A stretch of 63,766 bases of DNA, filler included, from Octopus bimaculoides (lineage: Eukaryota): the NCBI RefSeq assembly GCF_001194135.2. It is 7 parts of 7 records of this genome, joined end to end, with 100 filler letters (N's around TTAATTAATTAA, not from the genome) between each part and the next. Parts side by side here need not be neighbours in the genome. Positions count along the whole stretch, not along the records: positions 7,899 to 14,228 come from NC_068988.1; positions 14,329 to 23,814 come from NC_069004.1; positions 23,915 to 45,745 come from NC_069003.1; 4 more parts are not named here. The stretch is one strand, 5' to 3'. The position numbers and the translations under genes are program-made. Positions 10,790 through 23,980 of this stretch are shown in pieces (the stretch's first letter is position 1; the number at the start of each line of letters is the position of its first letter). The notes under the pieces were generated by a model. It saw only the letters and a list, made by a program, of their open reading frames with translations. It ran no database searches and was not told where the DNA came from.

Positions 10790-13004
10790 TTATTATATAT
10801 ATATGTGTGTGTGTATACATATGTATATAAACTCACTCACACATATATACGTATGTATATATATATATATGTATATATACATACATATATACATGCATTC
10901 ATACATACATATATAAATGCATACATAATATATACATACATATATATGTGTATGTGTGTGTACACATTTATATATTCAGATATGTTCATTATAAATAAAT
11001 GTAAATACACATATACACACCCATCGTATAGAGAGAACCCGTCCCCCATACATGTGTGTGTGTGTGCGCGTGTGTATATACGCATATATACACAGAGGCA
11101 AACAGACAGACATATAGATAGATAGATAGATAGATAGATTGATTGATTGATAGAGATAGACAGTGTGTGTGTAGTGGGGGAGAGGGAAAATCAAGTAGAA
11201 AAAAATCAGAGAGAGAGATAAACAAAAAGTATTAGTCACAAAAGTACGCATGTGTACGTTTGCATGTATGTATATATGCACGCACGCACGTATATGTGTG
11301 TGTGTGTACGTGTGCGTTTTTATATGTACGTGTATATGAGTATGTGTTTGTGTGTGCGCGTGTATGTATGTGAATATTTGACAAATCATTAATAACAGCC
11401 ATAGCTTTCGGCAAATTCCATTGCACATTACTTCAACCAGAACAGTTGAGTTATGGATTAAAAACAAACAATTTGATAGGAACAATAAATGATGAAAGAC
11501 AACACGCAGAAACACGCTTAGTATTTGTCTTTCATCTGCCATTTACCGGATGTTCATGGATTCTGCCGTTGGATTATGGGTATGGTTGAAGGGGAAGAGG
11601 TGTGTCCACTAATATGTACTTGGAGCGTCGGACGAAAACAGTCCACAGCTTTGTGTGTAGGTATATTCGTATGAACCAGGTAGAGAAAAAAATGGATGCA
11701 CGGATCTTCGAGCGAGCGCGTGCACCACACATACACAAGGACACACACGAGTACATGCACATTCGTATATATGCACGCGCGCGTGCGTGCGTGTCTATAT
11801 TCGTATATGTATGTACATATATATAATTACATATGTATACAGCCTATATATGCATGTATGTGTATATTACATTCATGTATGCATATATGTGTGCGTCATC
11901 AATGTATATATGAATATATACACGCTAGTGTAAAAGCAGGAAGGAAAATGAGTATTCAATATTATACATACATACATACATACATANNNNNNNNNNNNNN
12001 NNNNNNNNNNNNNNNNNNNNNNNNNNNNNNNNNNNNNNNNNNNNNNNNNNNNNNNNNNNNNNNNNNNNNNNNNNNNNNNNNNNNNNNNNNNNNNNNNNNN
12101 NNNNNNNNNNNNNNNNNNNNNNNNNNNNNNNNNNNNNNNNNNNNNNNNNNNNNNNNNNNNNNNNNNNNNNNNNNNNNNNNNNNNNNNNNNNNNNNNNNNN
12201 NNNNNNNNNNNNNNNNNNNNNNNNNNNNNNNNNNNNNNNNNNNNNNNNNNNNNNNNNNNNNNNNNNNNNNNNNNNNNNNNNNNNNNNNNNNNNNNNNNNN
12301 NNNNNNNNNNNNNNNNNNNNNNNNNNNNNNNNNNNNNNNNNNNNNNNNNNNNNNNNNNNNNNNNNNNNNNNNNNNNNNNNNNNNNNNNNNNNNNNNNNNN
12401 NNNNNNNNNNNNNNNNNNNNNNNNNNNNNNNNNNNNNNNNNNNNNNNNNNNNNNNNNNNNNNNNNNNNNNNNNNNNNNNNNNNNNNNNTTTAAATGCGAC
12501 CGGTTATTCGAAAATTTGATAGGTTTGAATAAAAGCGTAGAGGCGTGTGGCGTAGTGGTTATGGTGCTGCATTCATGAACGTCCGGTTGTGGGGTCGATT
12601 CTCGAACCGAGTGATGCGTTGTATTTTTGAGCATAAAACTTCTTTTTCGGTTGATCCAGTGCACGCAGCAGGCAAAAATGAGTAATCCTGAAACAGAACA
12701 GTGTCCCGTCCAAGTGTGGGTGTATTGGGTGTGGAATATATATGCCACAGAATCTTGAACCTAAGATTTTAATTTTTCTTCTTTTAAATAAAAACCGAAA
12801 ATGAAATTCTTTTGTAAGATTTCAAATGGTATGCGTATGTTGTTAAATTCTTAATTTAAAAGAAATCTCTGTTAGATTTATGTAAAATTTGTGTGTAGTA
12901 TTATTATAGATGTGGACGTTTACATGCTAGACGAAAAGTTCCGAAAGACTGTTGCTGAAAAGGTGGCATTACTTTGAACGGAAGTGTAATAGAAGTGCAT
13001 CTGT

Positions 13005-13005
13005 T

Positions 13006-13041
<36 letters not shown>

Positions 13042-13345
13042 GTCATCATCATCATTTTCTCTTTATCACAGGTTTTGTGAGAGCTTCTGGAGTTTTGCAT
13101 GCATAGCGGGCTTACTACCTGCAGCCTACGGTACCATGCTATCCGTTCTTTTCAGCTCTCTAATATTTTCCTGATTATTCTGGTTGTGCCAAGGAGACAA
13201 ACCTTTTGTAACTGTTCTACTGGGCACTCTATTCCAATTTCCTTTATATTCCCCTTGATGCCTTCTGACACTGTTCCCAAGGGACCAACAATAATTGGCA
13301 CTATCTTCACCTTCTTCATTTTCCATAGCCAGGCTATTTACCTTT
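13005..13345 (-). mobile_element. 3' end of an R4/Dong-clade RLE LINE with (GAT)n tail
   Basis: The minus strand translates IAWLWKMKKVKIVPIIVGPLGTVSEGIKGNIKEIGIECPVEQLQKVCLLGTTRIIRKILES*, then a short 3'UTR and an (ATC)n run at about 13005-13053. Confidence 0.8.
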
Positions 13346-14063
13346 TCGTTTTTTGAGTGAATTTTGTAGACGGAAACTAAAAGAAGCGCACCATACATTC
13401 ATGCATGCATACATACATACATTCATACATACATACATATATTTGTATATAAATATATATGTGTATGTATGTACGAATATGTGTATGTCTGTGTGAGCAT
13501 GTTTGTGTGTGTGTGTGTGTGAGAGTGTATCTTTGTGTTTTTACCTCCACCGCTTGACAACCGGTGTTCTTTTCTTTACGTCTTTGTAACTTAAATGTTC
13601 GGCAAATGAAAATCAATAAAATAATTAAAAAGCAGACTTCAAAAAAAAAAAAAAGAATAAAACCTGGGGTCAATTTGTTCGTTTAAACTTTTCAAGACAA
13701 TGCTCCAGCATTGGCCGCAGTCCCATAACTGAAGCAAGTAAAAGATTAAAGGCAAAACGAAAGCGAGAAATTATGTTTTGAAGCCTATTCCCTGATGTAA
13801 GGCAATCTCCATATCATTATTCTGTCTGACCTTAGCTGGCCTATTTCACCCAATAACAGCAGCAACAATAGTAGCGGCAAAAGCAACAGCAGCAGCAATG
13901 ACAGCAACAACAACAACAAACACGGTACCCGAGAGTACAAGCCAATGAGGAAGCCTTTACATTGTTGCTAGATGTGCCATCAATAGCAGCTAAATTACTC
14001 TCACATCACATCTTGTCGAAGTTGTAATTATAAAACGCTTGCAGAAGATAACGTACCTGAAAG

Positions 14064-14112
<49 letters not shown>

Positions 14113-16009
14113 AGTGCGCACACACACAAGCATACACACACACACAGTCATGTACATACACACACATACACACACATACACACATACACACACACACACA
14201 CACACACGTATGCACGTACGTACACACGNNNNNNNNNNNNNNNNNNNNNNNNNNNNNNNNNNNNNNNNNNNNTTAATTAATTAANNNNNNNNNNNNNNNN
14301 NNNNNNNNNNNNNNNNNNNNNNNNNNNNCTCTCTGTGTATTTTCGCGTCAATTTCCAAACTCCTTTGCGTACAAACGTGTACAAAACACCAACACAATCA
14401 TTTAAACTCCTATACGTGTATGTGCATGCGTATGTACGTGTATAGATTTATGTACACATTTATGTGTGCATGTATGTGTTTGTAATTATGCAGTGTATAT
14501 GCATATGTACAACACAAGACGTGGCGTGCACACATATACACACAGACACAAATATAAGAGTATATATATATACATATTTCTCCTCTCTAGTTGGTTATTC
14601 CTCTCAATTCACTATTCTGCATAATTTTCCTTAGATTTCGCATGCAAACAATTATCCCATTTGCTTTCAAAACTGTCCACTCGTACATCTTCATTTCTAC
14701 TTCTTCTCTACTATCACACCTCTCTCCTTTTCTTCTCCCTTTTCACCCTCTTCCTCTCTCTCTTTCTTTCTGTCCCACTTCTGTCTTACTCTCTAACCAT
14801 CCTCCCAACTCAGGAACCGAGTTACTGCCCTAGTCATATATATCGAAAAAGACCCATCGATTGCTTCATATTTTGAAATGTTTTAACTGAAGAAAGTTTA
14901 TGTAATGGATGCAGTTTTTATTACATAGTGCGCAAACCCGAAACGTACGTGTTAAATGATTTTAAAATATCACTGTTTGCTTTCAATTCATTATTATAAC
15001 TGATGTATACACATATCTATGCTAGTATATATNNNNNNNNNNNNNNNNNNNNNNNNNNNNNNNNNNNNNNNNNNNNNNNNNNNNNNNNNNNNNNNNNNNN
15101 NNNNNNNNNNNNNNNNNNNNNNNNNNNNNNNNNNNNNNNNNNNNNNNNNNNNNNNNNNNNNNNNNNNNNNNNNNNNNNNNNNNNNNNNNNNNNNNNNNNN
15201 NNNNNNNNNNNNNNNNNNNNNNNNNNNNNNNNNNNNNNNNNNNNNNNNNNNNNNNNNNNNNNNNNNNNNNNNNNNNNNNNNNNNNNNNNNNNNNNNNNNN
15301 NNNNNNNNNNNNNNNNNNNNNNNNNNNNNNNNNNNNNNNNNNNNNNNNNNNNNNNNNNNNNNNNNNNNNNNNNNNNNNNNNNNNNNNNNNNNNNNNNNNN
15401 NNNNNNNNNNNNNNNNNNNNNNNNNNNNNNNNNNNNNNNNNNNNNNNNNNNNNNNNNNNNNNNNNNNNNNNNNNNNNNNNNNNNNNNNNNNNNNNNNNNN
15501 NNNNNNNNNNNNNNNNNNNNNNNNNNNNNNNNNNNNNNNNNNNNNNNNNNNNNNNNNNNNNNNNNNNNNNNNNNNNNNNNNNNNNNNNNNNNNNNNNNNN
15601 NNNNNNNNNNNNNNNNNNNNNNNNNNNNNNNNNNNNNNNNNNNNNNNNNNNNNNNNNNNNNNNNNNNNNNNNNNNNNNNNNNNNNNNNNNNNNNNNNNNN
15701 NNNNNNNNNNNNNNNNNNNNNNNNNNNNNNNNNNNNNNNNNNNNNNNNNNNNNNNNNNNNNNNNNNNNNNNNNNNNNNNNNNNNNNNNNNNNNNNNNNNN
15801 NNNNNNNNNNNNNNNNNNNNNNNNNNNNNNNNNNNNNNNNNNNNNNNNNNNNNNNNNNNNNNNNNNNNNNNNNNNNNNNNNNNNNNNNNNNNNNNNNNNN
15901 NNNNNNNNNNNNNNNNNNNNNNNNNNNNNNNNNNNNNNNNNNNNNNNNNNNNNNNNNNNNNNNNNNNNNNNNNNNNNNNNNNNNNNNNNNNNNNNNNNNN
16001 NNNNNNNNN

Positions 16010-16047
<38 letters not shown>

Positions 16048-17364
16048 AATATATATATATATAGATAAATATAGATAAATAGATAAAAATATAGAGTTAT
16101 ATGCCTATATACATACATACATACATATCATACATAGATATATATTTATGTGTGTGCGTGTGTGTGTGTGTGTGTGTGTGCATATAATTTTATCATGTCC
16201 AATTGGATTCATGCTAGTGATGATGGGAGATATGTATAATTTGAAGACAAATCCGCGGCTACACAGCCAATATAAGTTTCCTCACATGCGGTATCGTGCT
16301 TGAACCTTGTATAAATTCGAAGCTGTAAAAACGCAGGAAAGTAATATGAAAATTTTCGAATTAAACCCTATATGAATATGTATTGTATTTATGCGCAAAC
16401 TCTTACATTAATTTATATATGCATATTTATACATGTATGTACTGTTTTGCAGTTTGTTTGTGGTTCCCATCATCTATAAACTTGATGGTTGCTGTTTGTA
16501 ACCTTTTCATATTCGTAATAACGATAATGTATTAAACAATTTCAATATAGCATCGCGATGTTGCAGTGGAACTAACTGCAGGATCGATCTGCCATTCACA
16601 AAATATTGCTGTACCTGTTGATTGGAAGGCTTCCTTGGCCGTTACGCCAATGATCTAATCTTTCTGCAATTAGATGAAATGCTAACTGAATAAACGTTAT
16701 CTTCAGAATCCTTATAACTCGTATTGAAGAACAGATTAGACGAGAGCGAAAGGACAATATATGATGCCAAATGGATGTCTCCAAGACGTAAATATGGCCC
16801 TTCAAATAAACATTCACCCAGCTATACTAAAAACAGATTGCAATATATTGCGTTCACTTCCCTCCTTGAGAAATATTTTCAAAATATATTGATTTCAAAT
16901 TTTAGCCGAAGTCCAGCTGTTTTAGGGGAGTGTGATAGTTGATTACATCGCTCCAAGTGCTTAATTGGTACTTATTTTATCGACCTCAAAAGGATGAAAG
17001 GCAAAGTCGACATCGGCAGAATTTGAACTCAGAACGTACAGACGTACGAAATGCTGGTAAACGTTTTGTTCGGAAGGCTAATGATCTGCCCGCTCACCCC
17101 CGTAAAAGGAAAACGCTAAATATATTACATTTCATCTTTACTTCTCTTTATTAACTCCTTTACTGAATCCTCATTTATTCCTGTTTCATTAATTTCAGTT
17201 CTGTTATTTTAGTTATATCTTGTACTAATTATTTTAACATATTATATCAGCTTTCTTAAATACGAGTATATAGAGAACGATGTTGAAGGATTAAATAATA
17301 AACTCCGTTTAGTCTTCAAGGGTCCTGTGATCTGCTCGGTATGATTTCGGGGTAAAAAAATCAT

Positions 17365-17600
17365 ATATTCGACAAACCAGTCAGTTTGGCCAATGTACAG
17401 GGAGTGACAGAAAGAGAGCAGAAGACGCAGTAGATCAAATTATTAGCACTGGAGGTGAAGGAATCGGTGATGTGGAAAGGGCGGTGATGGTTACTGATAA
17501 GGAGAGTGGTGTTGGAGAGGAAGTGGCAAGTGCAGCAGCATGGGCGAGAGCAGAGGAACGAGCCAGTTTGAATGCCAGGAGTGGGTATGTAAAGCAGATA
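17365..17600 (-). mobile_element. Neptune-type Penelope-like fragment (Cys linker and start of GIY-YIG)
   Basis: GSFLCSRPCCCTCHFLSNTT..FHITDSFTSSANNLIYCVFCSL, then, after a frameshift, YIGQTDWFVEY. Confidence 0.8.
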
Positions 17601-17880
17601 CAAATGTTTTTCGAAAATTTACAATGGATGTTCCAGAGGAATTTTATCTATTTAATGCAATCACAGACGATTACATCATAATATATAATCCATATTATGA
17701 TTGTTCCGTTTATATATTTGTCTTGCAAGATTTTTGATGTGAAATCGTATGTTGAAACAGATGTTGTTGTATTTGGGGAAGGTCATATTGCCAGTTTAGC
17801 CAATAAAAACACACGCACTGTATATTTGGTGTTAATTTGCTTCAGCTTTATATTACATTACATTACATTAATCCTATTTC

Positions 17881-17924
17881 GGCCAGAGTTCTTTCATCAC
17901 ACTTCTGTGACCTCATCAGTGGCC
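17881..17924 (-). ncRNA. Minimal type I hammerhead ribozyme candidate with intact core
   Basis: Minus strand reads GGCCA-CTGATGA-g-GTCACA-gaag-TGTGAT-GAAA-gaac-TC-TGGCC. Stem I is a perfect 5 bp, stem II is 6 bp (one G.U), stem III is 2 bp, and the cleavage triplet is CUC. Confidence 0.7.
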
Positions 17925-18773
17925 CTTTGCTTTCTTCTTTCTTATATGTGTGTCACACCTTGCTAACTATCAGCCATTTTGTATTTTGCATTCCTATTGT
18001 ATGTGTCTACGCATGCGTATCCCTCTATGTGTGTCTATGATTTGTAAGTGCATGTGTGTGTATGGGGAATGCCTGTATTATCTATATCTTCTGTTAATAC
18101 ATTTTCGTATGTATGTATGTATGTGTGTGTGTTTATGTGTCTGTCTTTGTCCCCACCATCGCTTGACAACCGATGTTGGTATGTATACGTCCCCTACATA
18201 CGTCGATGTCTTGTTACTGCATCGTCCCTCTGTACATCTTATACTATAGACCACATTTCTGGTGTTACAGTTTGTTTGTGGGCTAAATCTACATACAGTA
18301 CAGTTCCTATCAGTGCAGGGGGTTCTACTAATAATCCTTGAGTGAAATTTATAAAAATGGGTGTTTATTAGAGGGATGTTTATCTCTTCTGACCCGTTAT
18401 ATCAGTCAACCTTCTCAATGGTCAAAAGGGATAAATAACGCTCAGTTAAACATCCACTAATGTTATATCGCCTGAAGAAATGAATCCATGAAGATGATCA
18501 ACCCAATGCCCACAGAAACTACGGACTACGCTGTAATCATCCCAGGAATACGGATTGTTATCTTAAGTGAGATGTGATATGTGGAAACGCGCGTAGCGCC
18601 GCCTTAAAATGTTTATAAATTTCATCCAAGGATTATTGTTGTTATATATATATATATATATAAATATATATATATGTATATGGTCTTTTTTGCTGAACCG
18701 CTAAGTTACAGGGACGCAAACACACCAACATCGGTTGTCAAGCGATGCTGGAGAGACAAAAACAGACACATAA

Positions 18774-18882
<109 letters not shown>

Positions 18883-20019
18883 CATATACATACGAAAACA
18901 AGAAAACAAAAGAGAAAGACAAGTTTAGGAACAACAAGCAAGTGTATTAGTTTAATGCGGAGAAGAAAGAAAAAGTTTTTTACGTCTCCAGCCTACGCTC
19001 TTCGACAGACAGGAATAACAGGAAAAAAATGGAGAGAAAACGCAAAAAAGAAAAAAAAAGAAAAAGTGTTGAGATTAACGGTTCAATATGGTACAAGTAT
19101 CTTTGTATGTATATATATATATATGTGTGTGTGTGTATGTGTGTGTGTGTGTGAGGATGTATAGTTATTTATTTATCTACCTATCTCTCTCTCTATATAT
19201 ATGTATGCATGTATATACGTATAAGTGTGTTTGTATGTATGTATGTATATGCTTATAGATATGTATATATAAACACATGAACATATATATATATATAGAT
19301 ACACACATACACACACACGCACACATATACGTGGACTCAGAACAACACATACAAACACGTACACACAGAACCACATACATACATATACATACACACACAC
19401 ACACACTCACACACACTCACACATTCAAACTTAGCGTTCATATATATATATATATATATATATATACAACTTACACTGAGTCGTTCTCTAAGGAAAAATA
19501 GTAGATTAATATACGAAAGTTAGTCGCAAATTCTCTATTTTGCGTCGAAACTTTCTGCGGCATTTTCAACTTAATTCCCAAAGCTAATATTATATGTAGC
19601 TTCTGAATTAATATGGCATAACAATTAAAGAATGTGTCTCTTAGCATCCTGTAATGTATTTATGTATCTATTTGTTTATGTATGTATTCTTTTTACCTTA
19701 TCACTTTTAGTCATGCGATTCCGGCCACGCTGGGGCACCATTTTGAAGGGATTTTTGTTGTTGCTCGAATATAGCAAGTTTCCAACGCTGTCTGGTACTT
19801 TTTGTGTATATATATATATATATATGATGAGGCAAACAAAAGACAAGTCGTCACTTTGATAAATATCGACTCGAATACTGTAAGTAATTCCTGAGTGAGG
19901 TATCGCTTCTGTCCACCTCACGCACGCACGTACATGCATAGATACATAGATCCATCCATACATCCATTCAATGATCCATCCATCCATCCATACATACATA
20001 CGAAAACGAAAACACCAAA

Positions 20020-20400
20020 GGACGAAGTTGGCCATATGGAGACCGAAGGTTCAAAAGAATGTTAGAACTTAAGAATTAAAACAGCCACCAAGTTACAGCA
20101 CAACCGGTCAGTTATCACTGTGTGGACCCACAAAGAAAAGATGTCCAGGTGTGGAAATCAGCTGCCTTCTGAAAACGAAGGCGGTTAGAAAATTACAAGA
20201 GAAAGATGACATCCATGGACCATTGATAAGGAGTTTGAAAACCCAGTACCCAAGATACACTTTCAGTTTCATACCTATCATTATTGGAGCAACAGGATAC
20301 GTACAAATCCGTCTGGAACAAAGTGTATCTGAACTGGGATTCTTGGGGAGAGAACCCAAATCCTTAATTCATACATTATAAAGGATTATAATATCTGGGA
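20020..20400 (+). mobile_element. R4-clade RLE endonuclease domain fragment
   Basis: ..IKTATKLQHNRS..VEISCLLKTKAVRKLQEKDDIHGPLIRSLKTQYPRYTFSFIPIIIGATGYV..ELGF (ORF 20151-20381 plus upstream frame). Confidence 0.75.
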
Positions 20401-20401
20401 T

Positions 20402-20783
20402 GGCGGTGAGCTGGCAGAAACGTTAGCACGCCGGGCCAAATGCTTAGCGGTATTTTGTCTGTCTCTACGTTCTGAGTTCAAATTCCGCCGAGGTCGACTT
20501 TGCTTTTCATCCTTTCGGGTTCGGTTAAATAAGTACCAGTTACGCGCTGGGGTCGATGTAATCGACTTAATCCCTTTGTCTGTCCTTGTTTGTCCCCTCT
20601 ATGTTTATCCCCCTGCAGGCAATAAAGAAATAAATATCTGGGAGGGCGGTGAGCTGGTAGAAACGTTAACACGTCGGGCGAAAAGCTTAGCGTATTTCAT
20701 CTGTCTTTACGTTCTGAATTCAAATTCCGCCGAGGTCGACTTTGCCTTTCATCCTTTCGGGGTCGATAAATTAAGTACCAATT
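20402..20783 (+). mobile_element. Two tandem tRNA-derived SINEs of family B (20402-20636 and 20645-20783); other copies at about 9641-9835 +, 16950-17100 -, 27668-27872 +, 42250-42610 -, 45497-45670 -, 55395-55535 +
   Basis: Repeated sequence ggcggtgagctggcagaa.cgttagc..gttctgagttcaaattccgccgaggtcgactttgc.tttcatcctttcggg.tcgataaat.aagtacca. Confidence 0.88.
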
Positions 20784-20929
20784 GCGTATATATTTAAATG
20801 ATGGGCTTCTTTCAGTTTCCGTCTACTAAATTCACTGACAAGGCTTTGGTCGGTCTGAGGCTATAGTAGAAGACACTTGCACTGTGTGCGACGCAGTGAG
20901 AACCATGTGGAGCTCTCACAAAATACCAT

Positions 20930-21330
20930 AAGACACTTCTGATCTTCGAATCGTCGACTGTATTCGACTATTGGCATTAGGCAGAGGGTTAAAGGCATTT
21001 TTTCCAGGTTGTCGCCGTTTTGTTGGCTACCTGTTCTTTTTTCTTGAATTGCTTTCGTTTTCATATTTCCTAAATACATTCATCAAAGGCTTATATGCGT
21101 TATTTTTGGAAAGTATTTCTTAGAGGTTTTTGGTCGTATTCAAAATAATGATATTGAGTAAAACGGCTTATCTTCGATACGGTTCAGTGTTTTCGTTCTC
21201 TTTTAATGATAAAGTGGTTTGGGTTTGGTTAGCGTTTGCTGGTTTTATAACCTTTTCTTATTGTTTTTACAGTTTAGTGATTTTCCTGGATAAGAATTGG
21301 ATTATTTTGTTGTCTGCAGCGGGACATGAC
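20930..21330 (-). mobile_element. Probable second, highly decayed Naiad-type Penelope-like fragment (thumb/linker region)
   Basis: Minus-strand remnants KKYFPKITH, YLGNMKTKAI and MPLTLCLMPIVEY echo the Naiad pattern FPK.H..CM.NMK..CPL..CL..VY, with many stops. Confidence 0.35.
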
Positions 21331-21531
21331 CTTGTTCTTGTATGTGTATATGTATATATTTTATATATATATATATGCATATATATATATGCATATATAT
21401 ATACATATTCATGTGTTTATATATACATATCTATAAGCATATACATACATACAAACACACTTATACGTATATACATGCATACATATATATAGAGAGATAG
21501 ATAGGTAGATAAATAAATAACTATACATACT

Positions 21532-21563
<32 letters not shown>

Positions 21564-21704
21564 CATATATATATACCTTGTTCTTCAGTTTTCTTGTTTT
21601 TTCTTTCTTTCTTTTTTCTTCCTTTTTTCTTTCTTTCTCTCTTTCTTTCTTTCGTTCTTTCTTGAACTACATTGTATATATGTATGTGTGTGTGTCTATG
21701 AATT

Positions 21705-21753
<49 letters not shown>

Positions 21754-22336
21754 NNNNNNNNNNNNNNNNNNNNNNNNNNNNNNNNNNNNNNNNNNNNNNN
21801 NNNNNNNNNNNNNNNNNNNNNNNNNNNNNNNNNNNNNNNNNNNNNNNNNNNNNNNNNNNNNNNNNNNNNNNNNNNNNNNNNNNNNNNNNNNNNNNNNNNN
21901 NNNNNNNNNNNNNNNNNNNNNNNNNNNNNNNNNNNNNNNNNNNNNNNNNNNNNNNNNNNNNNNNNNNNNNNNNNNNNNNNNNNNNNNNNNNNNNNNNNNN
22001 NNNNNNNNNNNNNNNNNNNNNNNNNNNNNNNNNNNNNNNNNNNNNNNNNNNNNNNNNNNNNNNNNNNNNNNNNNNNNNNNNNNNNNNNNNNNNNNNNNNN
22101 NNNNNNNNNNNNNNNNNNNNNNNNNNNNNNNNNNNNNNNNNNNNNNNNNNNNNNNNNNNNNNNNNNNNNNNNNNNNNNNNNNATATATATATATATATAT
22201 ATAAATACATACATATACACAAAATTGGAGTACATTTTCCCATCAAATTTCTAGCTCAGTGTGACCTGTGTGCTGATCAAAAGCACCCCAATATCCAGAC
22301 TACATCTTGGATTCGATTCATTTGGTTTCTACGAGC

Positions 22337-22390
22337 CTGACGAGATGGGTTCGTTTGGCGACCCTACGAAACTATAAGTCAAATGAAACT
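22337..22390 (+). ncRNA. Degenerate type I hammerhead motif: intact core and GUC site, disrupted stem I
   Basis: CTGACGA-gatggg-ttcgtttggcga-ccctac-GAAA-ctataag-TC-aaatgaa. The nucleotides next to the core do not pair with aaatgaa. Confidence 0.45.
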
Positions 22391-23194
22391 GAATCTAGTT
22401 GTTATCAAATAATACACATACACCTATAGACACACACACACACATGCACACATGCACACATGCACACACACATGTCTGCGTTTTGATTATCTCCACTACC
22501 GCGTGCCAAACCCTTCAAGATGGTGCCCTAATATGGCAGCAGTCCAATAACTGAAACAAATAACAAAAACAAAAACATAAGAATAATGTTTATATTTTTC
22601 CTCAAGAGAATTCTCGTTTGTAATACTGTTTACTTCATTATAGTAATGTGTGTTTGAAAGCTGTTTCCATCGAGTATTTTGTCGTTCATTTAGCTTCAAA
22701 AATAATACAGGATTAAGAAGGATTAGATATCCTATCTGTTTATTGTGTCTTTAAGGCGATGTTGTTGTTGTTCTTGGTGGTTAATATTCAATATCAGATA
22801 TTCCTCGAACAGCTATAAGCAAAGGATTTTCTGTCGTGACTATCCTGTCATCAACTTCTCAAATATCGAAAACAACAGAATTTAATATTAAACATCTTTT
22901 TTAAGGGAACAGAATAGTATTTCAGTTAGATTCAGCTGCTATTTCTCGGAGGTTCATCGATCGTGTAAAAGTTCCCTATTCACGTTTTGTAAAATTATAT
23001 ATGATGCATCCACCCCCATATACACATACATCCATACATATATAAATACGTGCACACACACACATACATTTTTACATATACATTGAGAGACATTTTTTAC
23101 ACACGCCACGCCACACATAAACACATGCATATGACGTCTAAGCAAAGATGAAAGCCTGGAGGATTTTAAGTGAAATTGAGAATAATAAACCATG

Positions 23195-23285
23195 ATAGGT
23201 GAACCGCAATATGTGAACCGCGATAGGTGAACCGCGATATGTGAGCCGCGATAGGTGAACCGCGATAAGGCGAGGGATTACTGTA
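23195..23285. mobile_element. Solo pogo/Tigger-like terminal repeat with an internal 14-bp tandem array (5 copies)
   Basis: (ATAGGTGAACCGCG/ATATGTGAACCGCG) x5 at 23195-23264, then ataaggcgagggattactg-TA, which is the reverse complement of TA-CAGTAATCCCTCGCCTTAT. Confidence 0.6.
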
Positions 23286-23777
23286 CGAAAGTTATTCGTT
23301 TATATTTAATTTTCAAATACATTTTTACCACGTAGTTAAAGTGGCAAAACTAAAGAGTCTGGCCTCGTGTTCGTGTCCTTTTATAGACAAAAGATTTCAG
23401 TGATTTTGACGGTGCAGACGCACTATCTATTTAAAATTGTAATAACTACAAGAATTTTCAACCATTAAATATAGAAGATTATATTTGTTTCATACTCAAT
23501 AAATTGCAAAATTGATTTATGTAAAAATTTTCCCTCATATTTAATTTGATTTGTATCCGATCTTTCAAAACGTTTTCAATAACAATTTCATTAGTTTCAA
23601 TACACAAGCCTACATCAATTATATCTATCGGATGCAACATCGATCTATTTTTTTAAATACGATTTTCAGCTTACTTTTATTAAAATGCTGTCAATTTTGA
23701 CGACATGAGTATACTAGTATTTAAAAGGATGCATAATTACCTATATACACAATTGTATATATGTATATAGGAATATG

Positions 23778-23814
<37 letters not shown>

Positions 23815-23914
23815 NNNNNNNNNNNNNNNNNNNNNNNNNNNNNNNNNNNNNNNNNNNNTTAATTAATTAANNNNNNNNNNNNNNNNNNNNNNNNNNNNNN
23901 NNNNNNNNNNNNNN

Positions 23915-23980
<66 letters not shown>

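Noticed and set aside
11374-11590. Both strands open for about 70 codons (minus MADERQILSVF..; plus IFDKSLITAIAFGKF..)
   Set aside because: No homology recognised and no consistent splice-site pair with an open frame.
14994-16118. Very long ORFs made of X (also at about 12, 21.7, 26.8, 33.8, 48.4 and 50 kb)
   Set aside because: They span assembly gaps and carry no sequence information.
16596-16700. Possible minus-strand exon ..ERLDHWRNGQGSLPINR with AG|GTACAG donor
   Set aside because: Weak donor, no partner exons, no recognised domain.
18470-18535. CTGAAGA...GAAA spacing
   Set aside because: No stem I, II or III pairing found.
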